From the NCBI GenBank assembly GCA_019115665.1, contig DXDD01000156.1, positions 10,877 to 74,876 of the forward strand: DNA of 64,000 nt, read 5' to 3'. The notes under the pieces are model-generated. The model was not told the DNA's origin and made no database searches. It worked only from the letters and a program-made list of their open reading frames with translations. This DNA is from Candidatus Eisenbergiella pullistercoris. Lineage in GTDB: Bacteria > Bacillota > Clostridia > Lachnospirales > Lachnospiraceae. Positions 49,980-59,683 of this stretch are shown here, piece after piece; position 1 is the stretch's first letter, and the number at the start of each line of letters is the position of its first letter. The position numbers and the translations under genes are program-made.

Positions 49980-51122
49980 ATGCAGACGGAAGACAGAGGA
50001 AAAAAACACAGGAAAAAAAGGCGCAGAAGGCGCACGGGAAAGGGCGGACGGATCCTTTTCCGGGCAGGGATCGCGGCGCTGATCCTTGCGGGCGTGCTCA
50101 TCCTGGCTGCCGGCACGCTGACAGCGGGATATTTCTGGATGGAAGCCAGGGGCAGGGCGTCTTTTGAAGAAAAACAGGAAGCGCTTCCCCTGGAAATGGA
50201 GGAGGCGGCCGTATCGGAAAACGACGCCGGAACCGTGCTGGGAGACGGGATGCTGCGCTACAACGGAAAGATATATTCTTATAAGAAGAACTGTCTGACC
50301 TTCCTGTGCATGGGAATTGACAAAAAGGGTGAGATGGAAGCGTCTGAGGATCTGCTGAAGGGCGGACAGGCGGACGCGGTTTTTCTGGCGGTGCTGGATC
50401 CGGATGAGAAGAAGATCAGCGTGATCGGCATTAACCGGGACACCATGACGGATATTTCCGTGTATGATGAAAACGGCCTGTATATCGGAACGCAGACGGC
50501 GCAGATCGCCCTGCAGCATGGCTACGGGGACGGGATGGAGATCAGCTGCGAGCGCATGATGGAGGCGGTCTCTCATCTTTTTTACGGCATTCCCATCCAT
50601 GGCTACTGTTCGCTGAATATGGAAGTGATTACCCTGATCAACGACGCGGTCGGAGGCGTGACCGTAACGGTTCCGGAGGATCTGGAGGTACGGGGAACGC
50701 TGAAATGGGAAAAGGGTCAGCAGGTCCATCTGACAGGAGAGGATGCCTATACCTTTGTCCAGTACCGGGATACCCGTCTTGCGCAGAGCGCGGAGGGGCG
50801 TCTGGCCAGGCAGAAGCAGTATCTGCAGGCATTCATCACGCAGGCCAGAGCGGCCATGCGCGAGGATATGACGCTTCCCCTTACCCTGTATGAAATGGTA
50901 AGTCCCTATATGGTGACGGATATTTCCGCCGAAGAGGCGGTTTATCTGGCCACGCAGGCGCTTTCCTACCGCTTTGACGCGGGGGACATCCATACCCTGG
51001 AGGGCGAAGTCGTGATGGGAGAAAAATTCGAGGAATTCTATCAGGACGATACGGCCCTTTATGAACTGATCCTGCAGGTCTTTTACGAGGAATCGGAAGA
51101 CAAAACGGGAACAGACCAGTAA
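49980..51122 (+). CDS. LytR-CpsA-Psr (LCP) family protein
   Basis: Basic N-terminus plus TM; MGID, QADAVFL, INRDTM, INDAVGGVTV, YRD, GRLARQ. Confidence 0.88.
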   Translation: MQTEDRGKKHRKKRRRRRTGKGGRILFRAGIAALILAGVLILAAGTLTAGYFWMEARGRASFEEKQEALPLEMEEAAVSENDAGTVLGDGMLRYNGKIYSYKKNCLTFLCMGIDKKGEMEASEDLLKGGQADAVFLAVLDPDEKKISVIGINRDTMTDISVYDENGLYIGTQTAQIALQHGYGDGMEISCERMMEAVSHLFYGIPIHGYCSLNMEVITLINDAVGGVTVTVPEDLEVRGTLKWEKGQQVHLTGEDAYTFVQYRDTRLAQSAEGRLARQKQYLQAFITQARAAMREDMTLPLTLYEMVSPYMVTDISAEEAVYLATQALSYRFDAGDIHTLEGEVVMGEKFEEFYQDDTALYELILQVFYEESEDKTGTDQ

Positions 51123-51205
51123 GGTATTAGCGGCTTACCGCCGTTAATATAGAGAAGCCACATGTTCATTCAGCAATATATTTTTCAGAAAGGGGGATGA
51201 TTGAC

Positions 51206-51910
51206 ATGAAAAAGAGAATGGCAATCGTTCTTTCAGCGGTTCTGGCATGCTCCATCGGCATGACGGCCGTTGCCGCGCCCAGTCCGACCATTCAGCAGGA
51301 GACGGTTCAGGATGTGACGGTCAGCACCGCGCTTCCGGCTGCTGCCGGAGCGCCGCAGATTTCGGCGATCGTCGGCGCCGCCTCAACGACGGCGGTTCTT
51401 TCCGGAACGACCTTCCGGAATACGGTGGGACAGACGGTGGATCCTTCCGGCGTGCGTATTGTTACAACTCCGTCCGACCTCGCTTCCACGCAGGTCTCCG
51501 CGGTTGAGATCGCACAGGCGATGACTTCCCGCACGATGGATATCTACAATTTTACGGGACTGAGCTCTCTGGCCCTGACAGATAAGGACGGAAGCCTGAA
51601 CGTGCTCAACCAGGTATACGTTTCTTTGCAGGATGAGGAGGGAAATGTGATCGCCCATAACGGTTCCATTTCCACCGCCCTGGAAATTGAGGATATTCTT
51701 GGTGAAAACAGACTGGAAGAGGGAGAAACGATTCAGGCAATGTACCAGAGGGCGGACGGCAGATGGGTCGTGATTCCTGTCGTGATCAGAAACGGCGTAG
51801 TCGCGATCGCCCTGCCGGCTTTCAGCGCGCCCGTCAAGGTGGTATTCCTGCTTACCAAGGGAGCCTCCTATGAAGATGTTCAGGTTACGGTAAAATCCCC
51901 GATGACCTGA
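51206..51910 (+). CDS. Secreted hypothetical protein ending in ...VKSPMT
   Basis: Signal peptide MKKRMAIVLSAVLACSIGMTAVA|APSP; Thr/Ser/Ala-rich N-half; stop directly after SPxT. Confidence 0.8.
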   Translation: MKKRMAIVLSAVLACSIGMTAVAAPSPTIQQETVQDVTVSTALPAAAGAPQISAIVGAASTTAVLSGTTFRNTVGQTVDPSGVRIVTTPSDLASTQVSAVEIAQAMTSRTMDIYNFTGLSSLALTDKDGSLNVLNQVYVSLQDEEGNVIAHNGSISTALEIEDILGENRLEEGETIQAMYQRADGRWVVIPVVIRNGVVAIALPAFSAPVKVVFLLTKGASYEDVQVTVKSPMT

Positions 51911-51938
51911 CGGAAAAATCAGTTTTCTGTGTGGCTTC

Positions 51939-51972
51939 AGCCCCGGTGTCCCTGAAAAGGGACATCGGGGCA
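51939..51972 (+). terminator. Hairpin after secreted-protein gene
   Basis: GCCCCGGTGTCCCT-GAAA-AGGGACATCGGGGC. Confidence 0.65.
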
Positions 51973-52065
51973 GAAATAAGTTGACAGGGCCGTCCGGGGC
52001 GGCATATACTCTTTTCAGGAACCTGGAGAAAGGATGCGGCCGATGCGGGCGGCGGGTCAAAACGG

Positions 52066-52560
52066 ATGAACAGAATGGAAAAACGGATTGCTGCGGTTTC
52101 GTGGACCGCGTTCTTTTTGGTGCTCCTGCTGATCTGCGTGCTGTCTTTCCAGAGCGGAAGCGCCACAAAGGCGTTTGAGAAGCCCTTCGTGGAAGGGGTG
52201 ACCGGAGGGGCAGACAGACAGCTTTCCGAAGAAACGGTTCTGACGATCACCTTTTATATCCGTCAGGCCGGAAAAGGGATCCTTTTTCTGGCTCTCGGCT
52301 TCTTCGGCGGGACGGGGGCGCTTCTGTGCTTCCGGCGTCTGAACCGGCGGACGATGGGAATCCTCGCGCTGGCGGCCCTGTTTGGATTTTCCTGGTTTAC
52401 GGAGTTCATGAAAATTTTTATAGAAGGAAGGCATTACGCGTTCGCAGAAGGTCTGGAAGGGTTTCTTTTTGCTGCGGCAGGATATCTGTGCGCCGCGGCG
52501 GCGGTTTCCTTCCGGCGGAAAAAGGCTTTGAGGGAGCGGCATGTATCAGAAAAAATCTAA
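52066..52560 (+). CDS. VanZ-like membrane protein
   Basis: LSFQSG..., FYIRQAG, FTEFMKIFIEGRH resemble the VanZ pattern; TTGACA-18-TATACT promoter at 51981-52010. Confidence 0.65.
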   Translation: MNRMEKRIAAVSWTAFFLVLLLICVLSFQSGSATKAFEKPFVEGVTGGADRQLSEETVLTITFYIRQAGKGILFLALGFFGGTGALLCFRRLNRRTMGILALAALFGFSWFTEFMKIFIEGRHYAFAEGLEGFLFAAAGYLCAAAAVSFRRKKALRERHVSEKI

Positions 52561-53956
52561 TTTACAGAATCTGATCATCATCACGATCGACTGCATCGTG
52601 CTGGTGCTCAGTCTCGGCATCGCAAACTACATCAGGCATCAGAAATTTTTCAGGGGACTGAACAATCCTTCCGATATGAAGGTCCTGATCTTTGTATTTC
52701 TGGTTGTGTTCCTGGTGATCAATCTGTATAAAAATTTTTACAGGCAGATGCTCCTGCGGGGGCCGTTTCAGGAGCTTCTTGAAGTGATCAAGATGAACCT
52801 GGTGACGCTGGCGGGCGCTTCCTTTGCGCTGTATCTTACCAGGATCATTGACGAATATTCCCGTACCGTGCTGATCCTGTTCGTTATTATCGACGTGGTG
52901 CTGATGTTTATCGTGCATCAGATCTACAAACGGTATCTGCCCGTGTTCTACCGCATGAGCGGGACCGCAAGGCAGCTTCTTCTGGTTGCGCCGGGCGCGA
53001 TGGCTTCCCAGCTGATCGCCGAGATCCGCTCCATCCGCGACTGCAGCTATGCGATCAAGGGGATCGTGATCCTGGACGGCGCGGAAGGCGGAGAGCTGGA
53101 CGGCGTTCCTGTGGTGGGCGTAAGGAAGGATCTGGTGGATTACTGTCTGGCAGCGTCCCTGGATGAGGTGATCATCAGCGCGGACAGGGAGACGGAGGAG
53201 AGCCTGCGGGAGGAAATGGAAAATATCGCGGCCATGGGACTGACCATTCATCTGCAGATTCCCGTGCTTGAGCTGAAGGAGGCGCCCCAGCGGATGCTTT
53301 CCCAGTTCGGCAGGCTGCATATGATCACCTACGCGAACAAGGTCGCTCCCTTCGGCCAGCTGATGCTGAAGCGGCTCCTGGACATCCTGGGCGCGCTGGT
53401 GGGGATGGCAATCCTCGCGGTCCTGACCGTGATCCTGACGCCCGTGATCAAACTGGACTCTCCGGGGCCGGTATTTTTCGCCCAGAAGCGGGTGGGGCGG
53501 AACGGACGTATTTTCAAAATGTATAAATTCCGTTCCATGTACATCGATGCGGAGGAGCGTAAGAAGGAGCTCATGGCCAAAAACGAGATGAACGGGCTGA
53601 TGTTCAAGATGGAGGACGATCCGCGGATCACAAGGGTCGGGAAATTCCTCAGAAGGACCAGCCTGGACGAGTTCCCGCAGTTCATCAATATCCTGAAGGG
53701 CGATATGAGCCTGGTTGGGACGAGACCGCCCACGCTGGACGAGTTTGAACAGTATAAGACCTACCATAAAAAGCGTCTGAGCTTCCGTCCCGGCCTGACC
53801 GGCATGTGGCAGGTGAGCGGCAGAAGCGATATCACGGATTTTGAGGAGATCGTCCGCCTGGACGTGGAATACATCAACAACTGGTCCGTGAGCCTGGATA
53901 TCAAGATCCTGATCAAGACCGTGCTTGCGGTTTTTGCGGAAAGCGGCGCGAGATGA
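52541..53956 (+). CDS. Priming polyprenyl-phosphate glycosylphosphotransferase (CpsE/WcaJ-like)
   Basis: N-terminal TMs; KRLLDI, DSPGPVFFAQKRVG, YKFRSM, DDPRITRVG, SLDEFPQ, PGLTGMWQVSGRS. Confidence 0.95.
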   Translation: MYQKKSNLQNLIIITIDCIVLVLSLGIANYIRHQKFFRGLNNPSDMKVLIFVFLVVFLVINLYKNFYRQMLLRGPFQELLEVIKMNLVTLAGASFALYLTRIIDEYSRTVLILFVIIDVVLMFIVHQIYKRYLPVFYRMSGTARQLLLVAPGAMASQLIAEIRSIRDCSYAIKGIVILDGAEGGELDGVPVVGVRKDLVDYCLAASLDEVIISADRETEESLREEMENIAAMGLTIHLQIPVLELKEAPQRMLSQFGRLHMITYANKVAPFGQLMLKRLLDILGALVGMAILAVLTVILTPVIKLDSPGPVFFAQKRVGRNGRIFKMYKFRSMYIDAEERKKELMAKNEMNGLMFKMEDDPRITRVGKFLRRTSLDEFPQFINILKGDMSLVGTRPPTLDEFEQYKTYHKKRLSFRPGLTGMWQVSGRSDITDFEEIVRLDVEYINNWSVSLDIKILIKTVLAVFAESGAR

Positions 53957-54284
53957 GGGCGGGGCCCGGGAGAAGACGGAAAAATCACACGTTTTTTTGA
54001 ATACAGGACAGCTGAAAGGAACGGGACGCAGGAGCGGCCGTTCCTTTTTTGAAACGATCTGGCAGGTATAGGAAAAGCATTCTGACGGAGCGGATCAGGA
54101 AGAATGCCGGAATGGGCCATATATGGCACAAATGCATGGAAAAAGCAATATTTTTACCTGGAAAACGACAGAATTCACAAAAAACACTACTACAATTCAG
54201 TGGAAAAAAGCATATCTTACTTTTTGAATATGATAAACTAGGCTCGTACCGGCCGGTAAATCTTGGAAATAAGGTGTGCTGAAG

Positions 54285-54551
54285 ATGTTGGATTATATTG
54301 CGATTATGCGCGGCCTGCGGGAAGATAATGATGTGAAGCAGAGAGAGATTGCCGATTATCTGAATATCGATCAGAGGGTCTATTCCCGTTATGAACGGGG
54401 ACAGAACGCGATGCCGGTACGCTACATCCCGCTTTTGTGCGATTACTACAATGTGTCCGCCGATTATTTTCTGGGACGGACGAAGGAAAAGGATTATCCG
54501 GGCGCGGACAGGAACCGGAAGCTGGGAAGCACCAGAAAGAACGGAAAGTGA
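54285..54551 (+). CDS. Xre-family HTH regulator
   Basis: LREDNDVKQREIADYLNIDQRVYSRYERG...YNVSADYFLGRT. Confidence 0.85.
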   Translation: MLDYIAIMRGLREDNDVKQREIADYLNIDQRVYSRYERGQNAMPVRYIPLLCDYYNVSADYFLGRTKEKDYPGADRNRKLGSTRKNGK

Positions 54552-54703
54552 AGGAACGCAAAAGCAGAAGAGAAGAAAACGTAAAAAAAGAAAACGCGGC
54601 GGGACGTCTTACGGGACGGCCCGTTTTTTTCGCTTGTAGTAGAGAGGAATATCGGCTATAGTATATCTGAAAGCGAAGGCTTGCCGCAAAGGAGAAAACG
54701 CGC

Positions 54704-57067
54704 ATGAAATGTCTGGTTCTGGCAGGCGGCAGAGGAGACAGACTCTGGCCGCTGTCGAGGAAAAATTATCCCAAGCAGTTTATCAGCATCCAGAAGGATC
54801 ATTCCATTTTTCAGGAGACGATCGCAAGAAACATTCCCTTCTGTGATGAATTCATCATAGTAACGAATCAGGAATACCAGTTCATCGTGGAAAATCAGAT
54901 GAAGGCGTTTCAGGGGATCACCTACCGGCTTGTGCTGGAAGAAACGGGAAGAAAGACCACGGCGGCGATCGTGCTTTCCTGTCTGCAGTTCCCGCTCTCC
55001 GAGCTGATGTTCGTGGTGGCGAGCGATCACCTGATCGACGGACCGAGCTATAAGGACGACGTGACGCGGGCGGCGGAAATGGCAAGATACGGTTATCTGG
55101 TCACCTTCGGCATGCCGATCCGAAAGCCCGAAACCCGTTTCGGCTACATCCGCTGCCGGGGAGAGGATGTGCTTGCCTTTATCGAGAAGCCGGACGCGCA
55201 GACGGCGGAGAGCTACTGCAGGGCAGGCGATTATCTGATCAACAGCGGCATGTTCCTGTTCCGCGTGGGAAGCCTGATGCAGGAGCTGCGCAGATTTTTC
55301 CCCTGGCTTTACAATTCCTGCGAGGCGGCCTTTTATATGAGGCGTGTGGAAGGAAAGCACACCTACTATGCGAAGGAGATTCTGGAAAATATCCTTCCCG
55401 TTCCCATTGAAAAGAGCGTGTTTGAGAGAACGGACCGGGGAAGGGTGATCCACAGCACATTCCAGTGGCAGGACATCGGGAGCCTGGAGGATCTGGCCCT
55501 GACGGGGATCGAACGGGACGAGAGAAACCAGATCCTGTACGGATGCAGGGATACCACGGTGCTGAATCAGTCGGATCATCAGATCGTGGTGGCAAACGAT
55601 CTGGAAAACATCACCATCATCAACACCGAGGACGCGGTGTATGTGGGAAAAACCGGGGAATCGGACAGGCTGAAGGCCATCATGAAGGAAAACCCGCAGG
55701 AGCAGCATTATTTTGATCAGGGAAGGGTGATCTACAAGCCCTGGGGCACGTACGAGCTCCTTCATGTGAATCCGCAGTATGTGGTCCGCAAGGTGGTCAT
55801 AACGGAAGGAAAGACCATCTATGCGCACCGGCATGCCCGCCGGACGGAGCACTGGATCATCGTCTGCGGCCGGGCCAGGATCACGCTGGGAGAAAAGGAA
55901 AAGCCAGGGGAGAGCTTTTCAGAGGCGGAATACGGCCCCAACGACAGCATTGAGGTGGCGGAAAATACCTCTCATCAGATTTCCAATATCGGGGACGGGC
56001 CGCTCGTATTTATGGAGATTTCCACCGGTGAAATGGTGGAGGAGAGAGACCTGATCTCCGTGCGGAGCCGGGATCTGACGGAGGCGGAGCTGGGCTATCA
56101 GGCGGAGCCCTTCGTGAAGCTGCTTCCGGCCTTCAAGGATTATCTCTGGGGCGGCACGAGACTGCGGGATCTGTATGGGAAAAAATGCGATTATGATATC
56201 ATTGCGGAAAGCTGGGAGCTGTCCGCCCATAAGGAAGGCCCGAGCATCGTCGCCAGCGGGCGGCACAGAGGACTCCTTTTCCCGGAATACCTGGAACGGG
56301 TCGGAAGAGAGAGCTGGGGCTGGAAATGTCAGCCCCTGGAGAGGTTCCCGCTCCTGGTCAAGCTGATCGACGCAAGGGACAACCTGTCCGTACAGGTGCA
56401 TCCGGACGACGGCTACGCGCTGGAGCACGAGAATGAATACGGAAAGAACGAGATGTGGTATATCCTTTCCAGCGAACCGGATTCCTGCATCTACTGCGGC
56501 TTTCGCCGGGATGTGACCAGGCAGGAGGTGGAGGAGGCCATTGCGGAGGACTCGATCCTGGAGCTTTTGAACCGGGTCCCCGTACGGCAGGGAGAAGCCT
56601 ATTTCATACCGGCGGGAACGGTGCACGCGATCGGAAAGGGCAGCCTGATCTGCGAGATCCAGCAGAGCTCCGTATGCACCTACCGCCTGTACGATTACCG
56701 GAGAAAGGACAAATACGGAAATTTCCGGGAGCTTCATCTGGAAAAGGCGCTGGCGGTCATGGATTATTCCCGCTATGAGGTACAGCGCTTTGACAGCGAG
56801 ACGGTGGAAAAGGAGGATTACCGGCTGAAGATCCTGAGCCGCTGCAAATACTTTGAATGCGTCAGCTGTCTCCTTCACGGAATCTATCCGCTGGACGTGG
56901 ACGGGAACTCCTTCTGTTCCCTGGTGTGCGTGAAGGGGGAGGGGGAGCTTTCCTGCCAGGGAGCGGAAGCGCTTCCGGTCAGGGCGGGGGACAGCGTGTT
57001 CATCCCTGCCGGAGAAAAGCGGCTGCAGCTTTCGGGGGAGGGGGAGTTTATCGTTACTCATATCTGA
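54704..57067 (+). CDS. Fusion: mannose-1-phosphate guanylyltransferase + cupin + type I mannose-6-phosphate isomerase
   Basis: LAGGRGDRLWPLSR..PKQF; KPWGTY..HRHARRTEHW cupin; YLWGG, LSVQVHPDD, KNEMWY, PAGTVHAIG, EIQQSS. Confidence 0.9.
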   Translation: MKCLVLAGGRGDRLWPLSRKNYPKQFISIQKDHSIFQETIARNIPFCDEFIIVTNQEYQFIVENQMKAFQGITYRLVLEETGRKTTAAIVLSCLQFPLSELMFVVASDHLIDGPSYKDDVTRAAEMARYGYLVTFGMPIRKPETRFGYIRCRGEDVLAFIEKPDAQTAESYCRAGDYLINSGMFLFRVGSLMQELRRFFPWLYNSCEAAFYMRRVEGKHTYYAKEILENILPVPIEKSVFERTDRGRVIHSTFQWQDIGSLEDLALTGIERDERNQILYGCRDTTVLNQSDHQIVVANDLENITIINTEDAVYVGKTGESDRLKAIMKENPQEQHYFDQGRVIYKPWGTYELLHVNPQYVVRKVVITEGKTIYAHRHARRTEHWIIVCGRARITLGEKEKPGESFSEAEYGPNDSIEVAENTSHQISNIGDGPLVFMEISTGEMVEERDLISVRSRDLTEAELGYQAEPFVKLLPAFKDYLWGGTRLRDLYGKKCDYDIIAESWELSAHKEGPSIVASGRHRGLLFPEYLERVGRESWGWKCQPLERFPLLVKLIDARDNLSVQVHPDDGYALEHENEYGKNEMWYILSSEPDSCIYCGFRRDVTRQEVEEAIAEDSILELLNRVPVRQGEAYFIPAGTVHAIGKGSLICEIQQSSVCTYRLYDYRRKDKYGNFRELHLEKALAVMDYSRYEVQRFDSETVEKEDYRLKILSRCKYFECVSCLLHGIYPLDVDGNSFCSLVCVKGEGELSCQGAEALPVRAGDSVFIPAGEKRLQLSGEGEFIVTHI

Positions 57068-57137
57068 ATAAGCCCGCAGAAAAAAACAGGCCGGACAGCG
57101 GAAACGTTGCGTTTCAGGAATGCTGTCCGGCCCGGTT

Positions 57138-58250
57138 TTATTTTTTCAGAAAGATCACATAGCCTCTTGCGGTGAGAAGGGAGGCGGCTTTTTCGATGGC
57201 GTCCGGTTCATAGAACTCAATGCGCAGCACGCCTTCTTCAAATTCCCGGTTGTGGGTGATGCCGATGTTTTTGATGCTGATGCCGTTGAGGGCGAGCAGG
57301 GTGGCCACAGAGGCGAGGGAGCCCGCCTCGTCCGGAATTTCCACGTTGATGGTATAGACCTTCTTGATCGGGCCGCTGGAGGCTTCTATGAAGGAATCCC
57401 GGTAGCGTCTCGCCCCGTCGAAGAAGGAATAGAGCCGGTCCGCATCCCCGCCGTCGATCTCATCCCGGACCTTCTGCAGGCTTTCTATGTATTGACCGAG
57501 CAGGTCCGAAATGTTGACCGAATTGGTCAGGCAGATCTGCTGCCACATGACGGTAGAGGAGGAGGCGATGCGGGTGATGTCCTTGAAGCCTCCGGCGGCG
57601 ATCAGCTTCATCAGACCGTCCGCGCTGTCACTGTCCCTGACCAGATTGACCAGAGAGGAAGCGATGACATGGGGCAGATGGCTGACCGCCGCGGTGATGC
57701 GGTCATGCTGTCTGTAGTCCAGAACCAGCGGGATGGCGCCCAGGGAACGGACGAGAGCGGAAAATGCTTCCACCCGTTCCGGCGCGGCCTGCGAGGAAGG
57801 CGTCAGGATGTAGTAGGCGTTTTCCAGAAGAGAGGCTTTGGAATTGGCAAAGCCGATCCGTTCGCTTCCCGCCATGGGATGCCCGCCGATGAAGCATCCG
57901 GAAAGCCCCTCCCGCTCGGCGAGTTCATGGATGGGAGCCTTGACGCTCCCCACATCCGTCAGAATGCTGCCTGGCTGCAGATGCTTTTTCAGAAACCGAA
58001 GGTTCTCGTTGTTGTGGGATACGGGGGCGCAGAGGAAGATATAGTCCGCGGCGCAGAAAAAAGGGGCGTTCGATTCGTCCAGAACGGGAAAGGTCTCGTC
58101 CGCGATCCCCTCCTCCTTTGCCTGCCGGAGCGTCTCTTCCTGCACGTCGCAGGCAAGGATGCGCGTATCCGGCCTGGCCTGCCGGAGGGCTCTTGCGATG
58201 GAGCCGCCGATCAGGCCGAGGCCGTAAAAGGAACAGGTCAGTGCTTTCAT
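57138..58250 (-). CDS. tyrA: Prephenate dehydrogenase with ACT domain
   Basis: [50 protein letters not shown]. Confidence 0.93.
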   Translation of the reverse strand: MKALTCSFYGLGLIGGSIARALRQARPDTRILACDVQEETLRQAKEEGIADETFPVLDESNAPFFCAADYIFLCAPVSHNNENLRFLKKHLQPGSILTDVGSVKAPIHELAEREGLSGCFIGGHPMAGSERIGFANSKASLLENAYYILTPSSQAAPERVEAFSALVRSLGAIPLVLDYRQHDRITAAVSHLPHVIASSLVNLVRDSDSADGLMKLIAAGGFKDITRIASSSTVMWQQICLTNSVNISDLLGQYIESLQKVRDEIDGGDADRLYSFFDGARRYRDSFIEASSGPIKKVYTINVEIPDEAGSLASVATLLALNGISIKNIGITHNREFEEGVLRIEFYEPDAIEKAASLLTARGYVIFLKK

Positions 58251-59281
58251 TCTGTTTTCTCTCCCTGGGGGAAGGAGCGGCCCTCCAGCCTGGCAAAGGG
58301 AGACAGCTGCCCCATCATCGAATCAAATTTTTCAAAGGTGAGGGACTGCGGGCCGTCCGACAGCGCGTGGGCGGGATCGTTATGGACCTCCACCATGAGG
58401 CCGTCCGCTCCGCAGGCAACGGCTGCTTTCGCAAGCGGGATCACATATTTATAGGAGCCGGACGCGTGGGAAGGATCCACGATGACCGGAAGATGGGTCC
58501 GCTCCTTCAGGACGGGAACGGCGCTGATGTCCAGCGTGTTCCGGGTGGCCGTTTCAAAGGTGCGGATGCCCCGTTCGCAGAGGACCACGTTGGGATTGCC
58601 TTCCGAAATGATGTATTCCGCCGCGTTGAGCCATTCTTCTATGGTGGCGCTCAGGCCCCGTTTCAGGAGAACGGGAACGCCGGAGCGGCCGGCCTCCTTT
58701 AAAAGGAAGAAGTTCTGCATGTTGCGCGCGCCGATCTGGATCATATCCACATATTTCACGGCGGCCTCCAGGGACTCGTGGCTTACGACCTCGCAGACCG
58801 TGGCAAGCCCGGTTTCCTTTCCCGCAAGCTGCATGTAGCGGAGCCCTTCCTCCTCCAGACCCTGGAAGGAGTAGGGAGAGGTGCGCGGCTTGTAGGCTCC
58901 GCCTCTTAAAATGGTCGCTCCGGCCGCCTTTACCGCGCGGGCGACGCCAAGGAGCTGTTCCTCCCCTTCCACCGCGCAGGGGCCGGCCATGACGGTAAGG
59001 GTATCCGGACCTATGACGGCGTTTCCCACCCGCACGCGGGAAGGCTCCGGATGGAATTTTTTATTGGCGAGCTTATAGGGCTCCGTGACCGGGACGATGC
59101 GGTCCACATCCTTGAAGCTGATGAGATTTTCAGTGGAAAGGCGGCTCTTGTCTCCCACCACGCCGATGATGGTGACCTCCGTGCCTCTGGACAGATGGGC
59201 GTGCAGGCCGCTGTTCTGAATGTAATCCGCGATGGCTTTTATGCTGTTTTCCGCCGCATGCGGCTTCATGACGATGATCAT
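58247..59281 (-). CDS. aroF: DAHP synthase, type I-beta with N-terminal regulatory domain
   Basis: MIIVMK start; [43 protein letters not shown]. Confidence 0.93.
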   Translation of the reverse strand: MIIVMKPHAAENSIKAIADYIQNSGLHAHLSRGTEVTIIGVVGDKSRLSTENLISFKDVDRIVPVTEPYKLANKKFHPEPSRVRVGNAVIGPDTLTVMAGPCAVEGEEQLLGVARAVKAAGATILRGGAYKPRTSPYSFQGLEEEGLRYMQLAGKETGLATVCEVVSHESLEAAVKYVDMIQIGARNMQNFFLLKEAGRSGVPVLLKRGLSATIEEWLNAAEYIISEGNPNVVLCERGIRTFETATRNTLDISAVPVLKERTHLPVIVDPSHASGSYKYVIPLAKAAVACGADGLMVEVHNDPAHALSDGPQSLTFEKFDSMMGQLSPFARLEGRSFPQGEKTE

Positions 59282-59367
59282 GGCTTTTCTTTTCCTTTCT
59301 GCTGTCTGACTGCGGGACGGTATGAAAGCGGGGGCTTTCGGGAACCGTCCGATTTTTTTGCTGAAGA

Positions 59368-59397
59368 TAATATAGCACGTTAAAGTGCGAAAGTCAA
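59368..59397 (-). promoter_or_regulatory. aroF promoter with overlapping imperfect palindrome (possible TrpR-like/YerC operator)
   Basis: Minus strand TTGACT-17-TATATT; CACTTTAACGTGCTATATTA spans spacer and -10. Confidence 0.55.
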
Positions 59398-59683
59398 CAG
59401 CGGGATGCGGCGCGGGCATGTCCTTCGTCCGCTTTGCATCCCGCTGCCGCCCGTGCGGGCGCGGCGTCTGCCGGAAGCCGCGCGGATCGGAAAGGACTCC
59501 CTCATCCGGGAAAATGGTTAATTTATATAATACGTGGAAAATTGCTTGTAAAATTTCCGGTTATTTAGTAAAATGTACCCATGGGGTTCTGGAAGAGAAA
59601 AAAACCGTCTGGGAATCAGCTTGAAAAGGGATGGGGGACTTGGACAGAAAGCCCGTAAACTGCATAATACGGAGGAATGCACT

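Noticed and set aside
51908-51955. TGA read-through or selenocysteine recoding restoring a sorting signal
   Set aside because: In-frame continuation is 14 residues with no hydrophobic helix or basic tail
48942-57137. Integrative element at tRNA-Thr
   Set aside because: No integrase, and I did not spot a duplicated tRNA 3' end downstream (manual search only); composition similar to the backbone
57120-58454. 444-aa plus-strand ORF
   Set aside because: Antisense shadow of tyrA/aroF
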